Shown in pieces: positions 43,890 to 61,706 of a stretch of 64,000 bases of DNA (position 1 is the stretch's first letter; every line of letters begins with the position of its first letter). Location: contig OZ024741.1 of assembly GCA_964016885.1 (NCBI GenBank), forward strand, positions 128,464,001 through 128,528,000, read 5' to 3'. This DNA comes from Eledone cirrhosa (Eukaryota). The position numbers were made by a program, and so were the translations under genes. The notes below the pieces were generated by a model. It did no database searches. It had not been told where the DNA came from and saw only the letters and a list, made by a program, of their open reading frames with translations.

Positions 43890-43902
43890 TATATACATAT
43901 AT

Positions 43903-44390
43903 ACGATATTAAATAAATGGAAACTATATTTATAAAACCATATTTATTTCATTATATATATTTCAGGGATATCATATAAACAATATGTTATGCCTTCCTC
44001 AGACAAAATACAATATAGACAGTTTTATAGATAAATAGATTTGACATACCGTTCAACATCGACTTGTATTTGAAAAAGTTGATTTGGCAGAGTTGATTTG
44101 GCAAAAGTTGACTGCCAAATCAACTTTTTCAAATACAAGTCGATGTTGAACGGTATGTCAAATCTATTTATCTATAAAACTGTCTATATTGTATTTTGTC
44201 TGAGGAAGGCATAACATATTGTTAATATGATATCCCTGAAATATATATAATGAAATAAATATGGTTTTATAAATATAGTTTCCATTTATTTAATATCGTA
44301 AATATACTCCAAATACTTGTTGAGTGCTTTTATATCAGTTATAAATATTTACTAGTTGTAACCCAACAATTTAAATATAACTTTCCATAT
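43903..44390. mobile_element. Fold-back PLE-end insertion with two HHR copies (same family as 2890-3225)
   Basis: ~190-bp arms centred ~44100 with a short duplicated junction (gttgatttggca x2). CTGAGGA core at 44200-44206. Confidence 0.85.
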
Positions 44391-44392
44391 AT

Positions 44393-44430
<38 letters not shown>

Positions 44431-44435
<5 letters not shown>

Positions 44436-44858
44436 TAAACGGAATAGAAAATGCTGACAAATTGTTCACAGTTGAAAAATGGTTTAATTAGGAATAAAAG
44501 AGTATTAGTGATTGTATGGGTTAGTATTCAGTTGTGGTTTTAAGTTTTTAAGTTTTTACCGGTTGCGCATTTCTAAATGCTTTTCAAAAATAATTTTGAG
44601 ATAGAGTGTCCCTGCTGTTTGCTCTGATCTGAGCAAACAGCAGGGACACTCTATCTCAAAATTATTTTTGAAAAGCATTTAGAAATGCGCAACCGGTAAA
44701 AACTTAAAAACTTAAAACCACAACTGAATACTAACCCATACAATCACTAATACTCTTTTATTCCTAATTAAACCATTTTTCAACTGTGAACAATTTGTCA
44801 GCATTTTCTATTCCGTTTACCAATATATAATAACTTGTGTGTTACACCTCTATTCTTT

Positions 44859-44862
<4 letters not shown>
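44431..44862. mobile_element. Palindromic non-autonomous derivative of the 13.7-18.8 kb PLE 3' end
   Basis: ~195-bp near-perfect inverted arms centred ~44627, nearly identical to 18625-18817. The right arm carries the same extra tail seen at 13704-13743. TA flanks. Confidence 0.92.
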
Positions 44863-44893
<31 letters not shown>

Positions 44894-46404
44894 CTTTTCC
44901 GTCTTTAATAATTTTATACTAATATATATTTTGTACTTTTTATAAGTTATTTTATAACATCTGCGCGCACGAGCACACTACTCTTAATATTAATTTTATC
45001 CTCTTAGAGCTTTGTAAAAGTCAAAGAGATCGGTTACGTACATATTTGTTTGCTGTTTAAATATTAAAACCACCTTAAATCTGTAATATAATTGCGCCTA
45101 GGTTTCAACCACACTTATTTCCATAACGGCATGAAAGAAACATTGATGATTAAGTTAGTAAAAGATATATTTATGTAGTACAATTTCTTGTACGATATTA
45201 GTTGATCGTGTTAACTTCACCTGCAGCACCAGTAAATGTGTGAAGGCGCGTGGCTTCGTGATTAGGATTCATGTGTACCCATCATCTAATTCTCAGGTAG
45301 ATTCAGCGTGACACATTTGAATTACAGGCACACTCGATCCGACAGTTTCCATCTACCCAATTCCCCTAACAAAGTGTGGGTCGATACCGCTACGTAGCAG
45401 GATCGAACTCAGATTGCAAAGCGAACTTCTTAACCATTCGACCATGCTTCGACCATATGCTACTAGTAACTTACCGGACAGATGGCAGAATCAGTATAGA
45501 CTAAAGTCTGTCTCAAGCCCTAAGTTCTCATCAGGCCGGTACTTGTCCCGGTTTCCGTGGCGTTAAGCAACTGAGAGTACAAGACAACCCACTGGACAGG
45601 TCACCAGTCCATCGCAGAGTTAATTCCCCACATATAGATATAGCTGGTATTCATTTTCAGCTGAGTATACTAGAGCAACGAGCTTTGCTCAAGAACACAA
45701 CACACAATCTAGTCCAGGAATCGAACCCACGAGATTATGATCGTAAGTCCAACACACTTACCATCGGGTCGAATGAAATGTCTTGCGATATTTACTCCGG
45801 CTGCTTGCTTTCTGAGTTCAACTCCCTCTGAGGACAACTTTGCCTCTCAGTAAATATAGACAGCGGATTAGGAGAATTATTAGAGCGTCGCTACCTCTTC
45901 TGATTCTGTACACCCTGAGTTCAAATCCCGCCTTATGTCACCAGGAAAAATGGTGACCTAATAACACCAGAGCTCCGATCATTAAAACATCCAAGAATCT
46001 TCCCATGAAAAACAATCGCCGGCTAAACCAACGTCAGTTTTGAGCGGCGGCGACGGCGACATGAGCTGCAGCAACAAACAACAGCTACTTATGTGATAGT
46101 GTTTGGTGACGTTGAACTAAAAACATAACTTTAACCTTAACAATTAGCAAGATGTGGGGAGCGGGTAGTGTTGTACGCTAAGAATAGCCCCAAACGTATA
46201 TTTTAATTTGAAAATTTCGGGTCGTATTATACGCTGACATATAGGTTATATCATCAATTTTGTCAGCATTACTGAAGTAGGGAATTTATCATTATTATAA
46301 ACTTATGAGGACATTTGTCCGAATAAGTTTAACAGCTACACTATAAACTGTTAGGAAATTGAATATAACGTACTTATATCTGCTGCCAGTTTCTCCCTGC
46401 GGGT

Positions 46405-46482
<78 letters not shown>

Positions 46483-46519
46483 ATACCCATATATGGTATG
46501 TGCATACATATACCATTTT

Positions 46520-46813
46520 GTATATATATATATACATATATATATACATATATATATATATACATGCATATATATACATATATATATATACATATATATA
46601 TATATACATGCATATATATATATATATACATATATATAAACATATATATATATATATACATGCATATATATACATATATATATACATATATATATATGCA
46701 TATATATACATATATATATACATATATATATATGCATATATATACATATATATATACATGCATATATATACATATATATATACATGCATATATATACATA
46801 TATATATACATGC

Positions 46814-46882
<69 letters not shown>

Positions 46883-47119
46883 CATATACATCTATATATA
46901 TATACATATACATATATATATATACATGCATATATATACATATATAGATATACATGCATATATATACATATATATATATACATGCATATATATACATATA
47001 TAGATATACATGCATATATATACATATATATATACATGCATATATATACATATATATATACATGCATATATATATATATATACATATATATATACATGCA
47101 TATATATACATATATATAC

Positions 47120-47151
<32 letters not shown>

Positions 47152-47235
47152 ATATACAAGCATATATATACATATATATATATACATGCATATATATACA
47201 TATATATATACATGCATATATATATATATACATGC

Positions 47236-47268
<33 letters not shown>

Positions 47269-47444
47269 CATGCATATATATACATATATATATACATATA
47301 TATATATGCATATATATACATATATATATACATATATATATATGCATATATATACATATATATATACATGCATATATATACATGTATATATATATGTATA
47401 TATATGTATGTATATCTATATATGTATATATATGCATGTATATA

Positions 47445-47494
<50 letters not shown>

Positions 47495-47501
47495 CATATA
47501 C

Positions 47502-47533
<32 letters not shown>

Positions 47534-47729
47534 ATATACATGCATATATATACATATATAGATATACATGCATATATATACATATATATATATACATGCA
47601 TATATATACATATATAGATATACATACATATATATACATATATATATACATGCATATATATACATATATATATACATGCATATATATATATACATATATA
47701 TATACATGCATATATATACATATATATAC

Positions 47730-47763
<34 letters not shown>

Positions 47764-47773
47764 ATATACAAGC

Positions 47774-47806
<33 letters not shown>

Positions 47807-47825
47807 CATGCATATATATACATGC

Positions 47826-47858
<33 letters not shown>

Positions 47859-47916
47859 CATATATATACATATATATATACATATATATGCATATATATA
47901 TATACATATATATACA

Positions 47917-47948
<32 letters not shown>

Positions 47949-48089
47949 CATATATATATATACATATATATACATATATATATATATATATACATATATA
48001 TACAAATATATATATATATACATATATATATATACATATATATATACATATATATATACATATATATATATGCATATATATATATATAC

Positions 48090-48183
<94 letters not shown>

Positions 48184-48185
48184 GC

Positions 48186-48259
<74 letters not shown>

Positions 48260-48271
48260 GCATATATATAC

Positions 48272-48362
<91 letters not shown>

Positions 48363-48363
48363 C

Positions 48364-48396
<33 letters not shown>

Positions 48397-48401
48397 GATA
48401 C

Positions 48402-48470
<69 letters not shown>

Positions 48471-48480
48471 CATACACATA
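46520..48480. repeat. Compound TA/TACA/TACATGCA satellite
   Basis: Direct reading; source of the long YI/MY pseudo-ORFs. Confidence 0.95.
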
Positions 48481-48787
48481 AGCAATTAACCTGGCTTTTT
48501 TTATATGTAACAATTCCCTCCTCTCCCCCTCCCCTACCTCAGCTGTCAACAAGTCTGGAGGTTTTGTCTTTATGTTTTGATAACTATCACTAGTGACGTC
48601 AATTAAGATGGCAGACTGAAGTGTTTGTAACAAGATGGCTGCTGGTGGAAGGAATTCCCGCTCGTACATACCCTACTAACTGGACTAATGTGATGCATAT
48701 GTTTAGCTTAGTATCTCTACTGGCTTTATAACTAAACATTATTATGTGAGCTGTCGACTGCAAACATTCATATTAAGCATAATAATG

Positions 48788-48997
48788 ATTTCCGATTTAG
48801 AATACAAAGCCAACAACTTGCGGGAAGGGTAAAGTCAATTAAATCAACCCCAATTAGTTACTGGTACTTATTGTATCGACCCTGTAAGGATGAAAGGCCA
48901 AGCTAGTCTCGGTGGGATCTGAATACAGAACCTAAAAGGACGTAACTATATGCCGTAAATCATGTTGTCCGACGCTCTACCGATACTGTCAACGCGC
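48788..48997 (-). mobile_element. SINE, dominant family (diverged)
   Basis: Reverse-complement domain tatcgaccctgtaaggatgaaaggc. Confidence 0.7.
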
Positions 48998-49354
48998 CAA
49001 CCTTAAAATTACAGGTACAACTCATTTTGGGCTGTGGGCAGACTGGAACAATGTAAAATAAAGTGTTTTCTTCAAGAATACAACGCGCCACTTGTTATCG
49101 AACTCAAGGCATTGCGATCATGAGTCGAAGACTATAATAACTAAACCACGTGACCTTAATGAGCATTCCAAATATGGGGAAGACTACGTTAGCACATGAT
49201 TTTTCTACTTCGATCAGTTTAGTGACTAGGCCAAAACATGCCTTTTTCTACAAAGTTCATGGTAAACAGTTCGGTTCCTTTGGCAGCCATTGCTGCAAAT
49301 GTATTGTTGTTGTTCTTAATGTTTTTCTCTTTTTTTTGTTGTTCTTGTTATAGT

Positions 49355-49850
49355 TTTCTTCTTCATCTTCTTCTTTGCCCGCTTATTCATGAGAGGGTCG
49401 TGGGGGAAGAGTTTCAAACACTCCTTCCAGCGGGTCCTGTCAGAAGCAACCATCTCTAACCGATCCGGTTGGATCCCCAGGCGGGAACAGCCAAGCTCGT
49501 GGATGTTATCCAGCCATCTTGCTCGGGGTCTACCTCTGAGTCTCCTGTCGCTTGGTTTTGCTCATAAACTCTGTGCAGCGTTTCTTTCCTGAGACATTCT
49601 AACCACATGTCCATAGTATCGAAGCTGTGGTTTCTCAATTCGGAGAAGTAACGGCTATGTGTGGAATGACTTTCTGGTCTCCGAGCTATCATTCTATCGA
49701 GTAACGTTACTCTCAAGACCCTTCGGAGGAACCCCATTTCGGCGGCTTGTATTGGCGATCGTATTCTATCGGTCATTACCCAAGATTTATGACCATAGGT
49801 AAGAGTAGGCACGAATACCGAATTGAAGATAGAAGTTCGCTTCGAAATTT
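49355..49850 (-). pseudogene. RTE-clade LINE 3' fragment
   Basis: IFNSVFVPTLTYGHKSWVMTDRIRSPIQAAEMGFLRRVLRVTLLDR. Related fragments at ~35220-35500 and ~56880-57060 (-). Confidence 0.85.
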
Positions 49851-51639
49851 TCCCGTGCGGAGTTATTGTTGTTGTTGATGCGGTCATTTTTAAAACTTTG
49901 GTTGTTCAATCTTGTGAATTATCTGTTGTTTAATTCAGCAGAGGAATTTTTGTCATCCGCCATCTTATTTTGAAAAAAAATTTGAGAGGTGTGTTTGGAA
50001 AACAAACACAGATACGTGCCGATAGACGAACAAACAAAATAATAATAATAATAATTTTTTATTTGCCACGAGGGCATAAAGATGATTTGGACGGCACAAG
50101 GACAAGATACAAACATACGGTGGGCGAGAGTGGGAGCACACGTGGATTATAAAAAAAAGGAATTAAAAAAAATTACAAAAGTTAACTTAAAAATAACAAT
50201 GTCCCGAACAGGGAGACAACTATCTGTGGCCAACTAACGAAACACCTCGAAATCTGACTCACCCTATTCAACAAGAGTAAATACCATTTCCCATCTATCG
50301 TCTCCCGCGGACCATTTTCGCAACTTTCAGCCGCCTTCCAACAAATTTACTGGGAAGGGGCATCACTTTTCTCTCTATCTTACTTTCTAATAATAATTTC
50401 AATAAAGCTAATGAACCAGCAGCTGATGTCAACAATTAAGGTTTACTACACACGTAAAAACCATGTTTTGGTTTTCAAAACACAAAGAAAGAAAATGTAA
50501 TTACATTTACAGATTATCGAAAGAACTTCAATGTAAAGTAGAGTCATTTCACAATGGCTATACGTTGTAGGAAGGCGGCGTATTAGCAGAGTCGGGTGGA
50601 ATGCTTTGCGGTATTCGTTTTGGTTCTCTGTTATCTGAGTTCAAATTCCGCCGAGGACAACTTTGCCTTTCATCCTTTCGATAAAAAAATGTATCAGTCT
50701 AGTACTGAGGTCGATTCTTCTTCTATATCTCTTTCTCATTTCTGTTCTCACACTCTCTCTATCCTTCTCTAGAAGAAACCTGCTGTATTCAGACCTCGAG
50801 ATGATTGGGATCCTCCAAGTTTTATAAATGCCGTAGAAACGCCGTATGTTAATACGGCACCACTAGGACTCTTTCAAGTCTTACGGGTCCATCCATCCAT
50901 CCAACCATCCATACATAGATACACACAAACATACACACACACAGACACACATACATGATGGCTGCCCCCCTCGTTATCGAGTATGGCCATTGCACGATAT
51001 ACCATTATTAATAATTATTAATTAATTCTATCGTGCAATGCCTGTGGGTGAAGATAATTTTTAAAATGAGGAAAGACTGTACACTGAGCCAATCCCACTC
51101 TCTGAGCGACAGTAGCTATAACGCGAAAAGAAGAAAAGATCAACATCATCGGTAACTACTGAGCCGCAGGTTTTATATCGGAGTTATCCCAGTTTCCTGA
51201 GTTGCCTTCTCCTAGACGAATGCCCTGACAAAGGCTAGGGGTCCTTCACTCCCAGTGGTTTAACCGCGCGATCGGGTGTCCAGCCTGATTATTTCTATGT
51301 CCCCGCGCATATACATACACATGCACCCATGTATATACACATATACATATACATACATATGTACATGTGTATATACATATTTACACACTTTTGGATGGCC
51401 GTTGACTCTTATGTGTTCTTCCGCCCTTTGTCAGGTTTTGTTCTTTGTCCTGCAGGGTGTCCAAAATCATCCTCCTCACCAAGTAAACTTGGTGGGGTTG
51501 CTGGTTTAGTCGCCGACGACCCGAGCATGCGACAGGTTGTACTGGGTTACATGTTACCAGCAGCACCCAAGTAACATACATACATACATACATAGAAAAG
51601 TACATACATACACACAGAATATCACACTGATAAAATAGA

Positions 51640-52760
51640 ATATCACAGGGGTATATTTCAAGGAGATACTCTCTGTGATACTATTTATCCTTTTATTAAA
51701 CCCCTTGTCCTTTCTGCTCAAGAAATGTGAAGGATACATCATTGGCTCACAGGAGGACAGAAATACGAACTTAACCCATAATTTCTTTGTAGATAACCTG
51801 AAACTCTATGCCAAGAACATAGATGGGATGAAGAAAAATATTGACCTGGTTACAACATTCTCAAAAGATATAGGAATGGATCTTGGCCAAGATAAATGTT
51901 CATATATAATTGTAAAGCGGGGGAAAACTACAACCCAGTCTAACAACATTGTTAACAATAGCCTAACTGTTTCACCGATATCTGATGAGGACTGCTACAG
52001 ATACCTGCGCATATATGAGAATATATCTATAATGGTATTTGTAATAAGGAACGCGTAACCAGGGAATGTTACACCAAATTAAGAAAAATATGGTCATCGG
52101 TACTCTCTGCGCACATTAAAACTGGTTCACAATGTGTTTGCTGTGCTTGTCCTAATACCAACGTTTGGAATACTCGATTGGACGATAGACGAAATCCAAG
52201 CAATTGATGTTAAAACTCGAAAAATTCTAAACAACACCGGAAACTTCCACATAAACAGTGACATAGACCGCCTCTACTTGAAACGTAGAGGCCTAACATC
52301 AGTCCAGACAGCATTTGAATTTCACATCATATCCCACCGACAACTTTTACGACCGTCGAAGCGTATGAGCCCATTGTGCAAGTCTATTTGTATGAGACAG
52401 ATAAGATCATGAGAGATAGGAAGGAACTCCTTGAAAGATACTCCCTGCGTGATAATCAAAAGTTCACACCCAGGAAAATTGCCCAGTAAAATTGCCCAGC
52501 AATACCGCAGCGAATCCATGGATGAAAAACTGCATGCTTATCACCAAAACGTCATGCATGGATATGTTGCAAGAAATCTCCAGCGTGAGGGTAGTATAGA
52601 TAAGCAAAGTAATCTATCTTGGATCAACAACTGCTATATTGGCTCCCACTTTGAAGGATATGCTTTTGCAATCCAAGAACAGGAAATCAACACAAAACCT
52701 GATTCACAAAAGTGATAGGGATGCAGGCAAAACAACTAGATGCGATAACAAATGCAGACT
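51640..52760 (+). pseudogene. Decayed RLE-type LINE (R4/Dong-like) RT region
   Basis: LFILLLNPLSFLL..LTHNFFVDNLKLYAKN..FSKDIGMDLGQDKC; IPTFGILDWTIDEIQAIDVKTRKIL..HINSDIDRLYLKR; EGYAFAIQEQEINTK. Frameshifted, catalytic DD mutated. Confidence 0.85.
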
Positions 52761-53334
52761 CTTATGAATTCTTCCCCCCTTTGTCAGGTTTTGTTTTTTG
52801 TCCTGCAGGGTGTCCAAAATCACTCTCCTCACCAAGTAAACTTGGAGGGGTTGCCGGTTGAGTCGCCGACGACCCGACCATGCGACAGGTTTTACTGGGT
52901 TACATGTTACCAGTAGCACTCAAGAGTAACCCGACTAACATAAATACATACATACGGTGTAGGGGATAGAATATCATTTAGATTATTCTCTCGTCTTGCA
53001 AAATAATTAACAATAATTGAACAACAATATTTATTTTCTATATTCATTTTGAATCGGTTAATTTGGCTTTCATTTCCTCTAAAATCGCAGACAGATTCTG
53101 TTTCAAAATGTTTTTTCTTCTTTCTGTTCTATTAAAAATTAAGTAAATACATAATAATTCAAAAGTAGTAATTCTTGAAAAAATTAATGAATTTCCTTTT
53201 TTTTTCTGGGTGTGAATGAAAATATTTGAAAGTGTCATTTAGTAAACACTGTACATTGGAAAATGTTAAATGGTGCATGGTGTGGAGTAATAGCTAGCAA
53301 TATGAAAATTGCTTGGAAGAGGGTCGGATTGGAA

Positions 53335-53535
53335 GAATTGGCAGAGCGTCGGATAAAATGCCATCGTGAGATTCGTTCTGGCTCTTTCCATTCTCAGTTC
53401 AAATCCCGTCCAGATCAACTTTACCTTTGATCCTCCCGAGGTTGATAAAATAAAGTACCAATCAAGTACTGGGGTTGATTTAATCAACTTTACTCATTCC
53501 CCCAAATTAGTTGGACTTGTACTTAAATTACAAAT
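53335..53535 (+). mobile_element. SINE, dominant family (diverged)
   Basis: B box cagttcaaatccc plus central domain. Confidence 0.7.
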
Positions 53536-54165
53536 CACATGGGGTGGTGGATTGACAGAATCGTTTTTACGTGTGCAGTATACCATGAATTTTGTATATT
53601 AGCCCCGGATCCATTGACTGTGACAGTGATGTCGTATTTGGTGGTGTGAAGGCACATAGCTTAGTGGTTAAGTTAGTTCGTTGATCAATGATAAGAATTT
53701 ATAAAATTTAGAACAACAATAAACATATTATGAAGATGATGGTTAAAACGGGACAGAAACTGAGACGCAAACGACCAAATGAAAGAATTCTGAATGAAAA
53801 TACATGATACTATTATAGTTTTTTAATGAAATTTCTGAGATAAAAATCAAAATATAATGAATGCAGATACAAATATAGAGTGAAAGATGCAAATCAGAAT
53901 CCAAGGTAAAAATGCACGCAGCTGCTACAGGGTCATGTAAAAGAGATGAAAAAATAAATTGAAACAAACAATAAATAGATTTTTTTTTCTTGCATGTAGC
54001 AATGCAAGTCAATAAACTCGTAAAAGATAAAATTCCATCTAATTCATGTTTTCCTTCTTTATTTATATGGATTTCTCTGAGCTATTTTTTATGTTTTTCA
54101 AAATCAAGATAGCAATAAAACCTGTGAAACGTTTATATAGCTTTCAATTGGGAGAAGATAAGAGA

Positions 54166-54223
<58 letters not shown>

Positions 54224-54294
54224 TATTGGTGCTCTGAAATAGCGATATATATATGAATGTGCGTATAGTATATTTGATAATATACTATAAGTAC

Positions 54295-54339
<45 letters not shown>

Positions 54340-54974
54340 TGGGTAGATTCCCGATTAGTATCAATGTGACCACAGTTTAAAACAGTATTCAATACGTTAG
54401 AAGAGGATAGGCATCTTTATTTTATATAGAAATTACTTCTACAGGACTAAAATTGTTTCATTCGTATGATTTCATAGATAATCTGAAAATAGAACATACA
54501 GCTTATAAAGAAATCTTAAAAAAAGATTAAATAAACGAATCACAAATGGCTTTTTCGATACAATATTTTTTCTCGTTTCATATATTGTATGTATTTAGAA
54601 ATAGAGTGGACCCGAATGAGATTTGTTTAAGTTTGTAAATAAATTATCGTGCATACGTTTAATTGCCTTTAATAAACACACATGCAGCTTTGCCGTGCGA
54701 ATACGTCCTAAATGTATTTCTCAGCAGAATAGGAAAAAAAAAAGTTGACTAGTTTCCAAAGTCACTACCAACTCATCAGGGGTGCTACCTTATCCAATTT
54801 ACATTGAAAGGCAATAGCCTATAACTACGTATGGAACATGATGAACAGCAGACATTGGTTTTGTTTATTTGCATATAAGTATGTTGCTGTGGCGGAACAA
54901 TTCATAAAAGTACACAAACAATTTATTGAGGAAACAAATAGCAAATATAAGCAATCTAGCAGGGTAGTGATACT

Positions 54975-55288
54975 CCGTCGGTTACGACGACGAGTGTTCC
55001 AGTTGATACGATCAACGGAACAGCCTGCTCGTGAAATTAACGTGCAAGTGGATGAGCATTCCAAAAACACGAACTCCCATAACGTAATTCTCAGAGAGAT
55101 TCAGCGTGACACATAATATGACAAGGCATGCCTTTCGAATTACAGGTACAACTCATTTTTGCCAGCTGAGTGAACTGGACCAACGTGAAATCAAGTGTCT
55201 TACTGAATGACACAGCGCGCCGCCGGGAATCGAACTCACGACATTACGATCTTGAGTCGAATATCTTAACCACAAAGCCACACGCGTT
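54975..55288 (-). mobile_element. Second tRNA-derived SINE family (CORE-like)
   Basis: Minus-strand tRNA-like head (gtggctttgtggttaag ... gagttcgattccc). Related pieces at ~39650-39950, ~45240-45770 and ~49005-49155. Confidence 0.7.
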
Positions 55289-55417
55289 CAATGACCCTTG
55301 GTAAAACTATGATATTATAAAGACTATAGATAATATTAAAGAAACCTGGGATAAAATCACAGAACCATATAGCGACTTCTTGGAATTTGAGGAAGAAATA
55401 GTACCAATAGTCATTAT

Positions 55418-55822
55418 TGTGGATTGGCAGTATTGGTAGAGGGTCGGACGCCATGCTTTGACGTATAGAGTTACGGCCCTTGCCATTCTGAGTTCAAATC
55501 CCGCCAAGGTTAACTTTGCCTTTCATCCTTACGGGGTCGATAAAATAAAGTACCAGTAATACACTGAATAATTGCTGGCCTTGTGCCTAAAGTAGAAACA
55601 ATTATTATACTTTTTAAGGCTGCTGGATTGGCAGTATCAGTAGAGCGTCGGACACCCTGCTTAGCATCATAGAGTTACGGCCCTTTACGTTCTGAGTTCA
55701 TATCCCGCCAAGGTTAACTTTGCCTTTCATCCTTACGGAGTCGATAAAATAAAGCACCAGTAATGCACTGGGGTCGATTTTCCCCTTCTCCAAATTGCTG
55801 GCCTTGTGCCTATAGTAGATAT
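55418..55822 (+). mobile_element. Tandem SINEs, dominant family
   Basis: Two full copies. Confidence 0.85.
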
Positions 55823-56011
55823 AATTTTTTAAAAAGAAGTTACGAAGTCAAAACGTAAATGAGAATAAATGTAAATAGAATGCAGAGAAAATGATTCAAG
55901 TCAGAATGCAAGAATGTTAAGTGAACAAAGAGAAGTAGAATGTAAAATATACAATATGGGAGAGAAGTTAACAGACGCATGTTAAAATTATATCTGTAAA
56001 AGAACTGCAGG

Positions 56012-56200
56012 AATTCTTGCGGTCGTGCCCTTGGCAGTGGAAATTTCTGGTGTCCTTGGCCCTAGGGCTACCTCCCTACTCACCGCCATAGGCGCTGAGC
56101 GGGCCAGCCGCAGGTGTCAGCCTCGCGAGTTGGAATGGCTCTTTCAGCGCATCGCCCTCACCATCCTCCGGGGAAACGCTTTCTCCATTTCTGTCCACCG
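56012..56200 (+). pseudogene. CRE-clade LINE C-terminal (RLE endonuclease) fragment
   Basis: VPLAVEISGVLGPRA..IG...ELEWLFQRIALTILRGNAFSI matches the CRE-type P.A.E..G..G / LFQR.....RGNA pattern. GC-rich island. Confidence 0.75.
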
Positions 56201-57235
56201 GGGCTGTGGGGCACCCAGCACGTGGGACCCCATTTGCTCAATATACGGAGAGATGGGGAGGGAGAGAGAGATGGGGGCGATGACGGTCGGGGCTCGGCTC
56301 TTCCGTGTTCGGACACATTGCACCTGTGAAGAATGTATTTTCATACTTGTGACGAACATTGTGAATTCCTACTGCAGTAATACGTCTAAACTGAGCTCCA
56401 AGACCCTATGGTAGAATTAGGGAATCCAGACAGAATTCTTAGCGTTGACATTTGTAGAAATAGCATCAACAACATTAAGGAAATTATTGACCAGTTTATT
56501 GGGAACTAATCCGATTAGGAGAGAAGCAGCAAGACAATGAGGGTTTTATAGACAATATCCTGCTCCCATGAATTGATTCTTGATAAATTATACAGAGAAC
56601 ATTAGATGCATTCATCGAAAAGCTATCAACGTGCAAGGAAAAAGCACAGCATGGTTTCGCTTCTGAGATACAACACATGATCTATTTCCCAATGCGGCGT
56701 TTCAGTTGAGTAGGCCTGCATACTTGTGATAAAAGTCGACTAATTTAACCGTGTTCATAATTTCATTATAAAATTAAGTCTTAATTAATTAAATTTGTTT
56801 TCTCATTTTAACATACCTGAACACAAAATGTGTGAAATCACATTTTGTGGGGAGTTATCTTCTTCTTCTTCTTCTTCTTCTTAGGAGGGTCATTGGAGCA
56901 GAGTTCTCAAACACTCCTTCCAGCGTGTCCTGTCAGAAATAACTATCTCTAATTAATCTGACTGGATCCCCAAGCGAAACCAGCCAAGCTCATGGATGTT
57001 ATCCAACCATCTTCCATGTGCTCTATCCCTGAGTCTCCTGCCGGTTGGCGTTGTTCGTAAATCTATCAAGAGGTTATCTAAATTTATTAAAGGATAAGAG
57101 GTTGCGACAGAGATTTTCTGGATCTTTAGATCATTTGGCGATGTCTACAATCTTCAGTATTCATACCACTGTTTTATATAACCTATTAAGCTGGTATCTG
57201 TAATTATACTATATTATAAAGATATCTATATAATT

Positions 57236-57414
57236 GCTTCTACTTTTGGTACAAGGCCAGCAAATACCCAGTACGTTACTGGTACTTTATTTTATCGACC
57301 CCGTAAGGATGAAAGAAAAAGTTAACCTCGGCGGGATTTGAACTCAGACCGTAAAGGGACGTAACTATGCTGGAAAGCATATCCGACCCTCTACCGATAC
57401 TGCCAATTCACCGC
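57236..57414 (-). mobile_element. SINE, dominant family
   Basis: Full reverse-complement copy. Confidence 0.8.
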
Positions 57415-57528
57415 CCTATATCTATATAATGATACCATATAGTCGTGGTTCGCATTATTAGGAACACATCTGGAGCAGTTACCGATATCATACTGCGTAT
57501 ATAGATAAATGCATACGTACGTCCACAC

Positions 57529-57634
<106 letters not shown>

Positions 57635-57779
57635 GGCGAAAATAAAAATAAAGATTTGAAAATGTTTTTTTCTATACGTGCACATTTACAATATGCAACG
57701 AAATGAAATTAGTTCATACAACATGAATTATAGATTTTTTATTAGATAGGTATTTATAATCAGTTTTTGCAATAACCGG

Positions 57780-58147
57780 TTTACTTTCACATATTCCTAT
57801 ATGCCGTGTTGAGGATATAACTCAAAGTGGCATATAGAAATATATGACTGAAAAAATATATCCAACACCAACCCAAATCAAAAGGAGCCTTTGAAAACCT
57901 ACTCAGAGCGAAACCGGTTAGTATGAAGTATAATTAGCTAAGCATGCTTATTTCTGGAAACCTACTTATATACTAAAAAAAAAACAAAAAAACTATAATT
58001 TATTTCGTATGGACTAATTTCTTTTCGTCTTATAGTGTAAATATGCATGTATATCAAAAATCTTTTGAGCATTTTCAAACTTTTATAATCAGTTTCTCTA
58101 TATATCCTCATTTGTACAGAATTTCTTAATTTCCTAACGTTTTTAGT

Positions 58148-58150
<3 letters not shown>
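57780..58150 (+). mobile_element. Degraded PLE 3'-end with U3-A8 type HHR-like motif
   Basis: ct TTGAAAA CCTACTCAGAGC GAAA CCGG TT ag at ~57888-57921, followed by a tail into a TA array. An upstream accggttt (57776-57783) suggests an old inverted arm. Confidence 0.4.
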
Positions 58151-61205
<3,055 letters not shown>

Positions 61206-61507
61206 GTGGGGTTTACTCACATGTAGCCAGAGGTATATTTCTTAGATCTAAGGATCTTGTTGCACGGAATTTCATTTAAAGAACGAATTTTTTCTTAAAG
61301 ATTTTTCCCGTCGTCTATTGACCCAGTTACCAAATCAATTTCACTGACTCACTCTACTTACTTTATTCATTATCTCTTGCCCTCTTCCTCTTCCGCCTTA
61401 TCTATCTATCTGTCTATCTACCTATCTATCTGTTTGCCTGTCTGTCTGTTTCTCTCTGTCTATCTATGTATGTTTATGCATAGATACTCTCTCTATATAT
61501 ATATAAA

Positions 61508-61606
<99 letters not shown>

Positions 61607-61669
61607 ATATATATGTATATATATATATATGTATATATATATATGTATATGTATATATATATATGTATA

Positions 61670-61706
<37 letters not shown>

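Noticed and set aside
46295-48669. Long ORFs (up to 668 aa) of Y/I/M/C/H
   Set aside because: Translations of TA/TACA satellites, which lack stop codons; not genes. The same applies to ORFs at 12-13.7, 19.2-20.7, 23-26.8 and 58-61.7 kb.
50050-50390. Possible LINE 3' end on the minus strand (similar cccttgtggcaaataaa ends at ~6915, ~62125, ~62370)
   Set aside because: Probably LINE tails, but I could not recover a recognisable protein motif to classify them.
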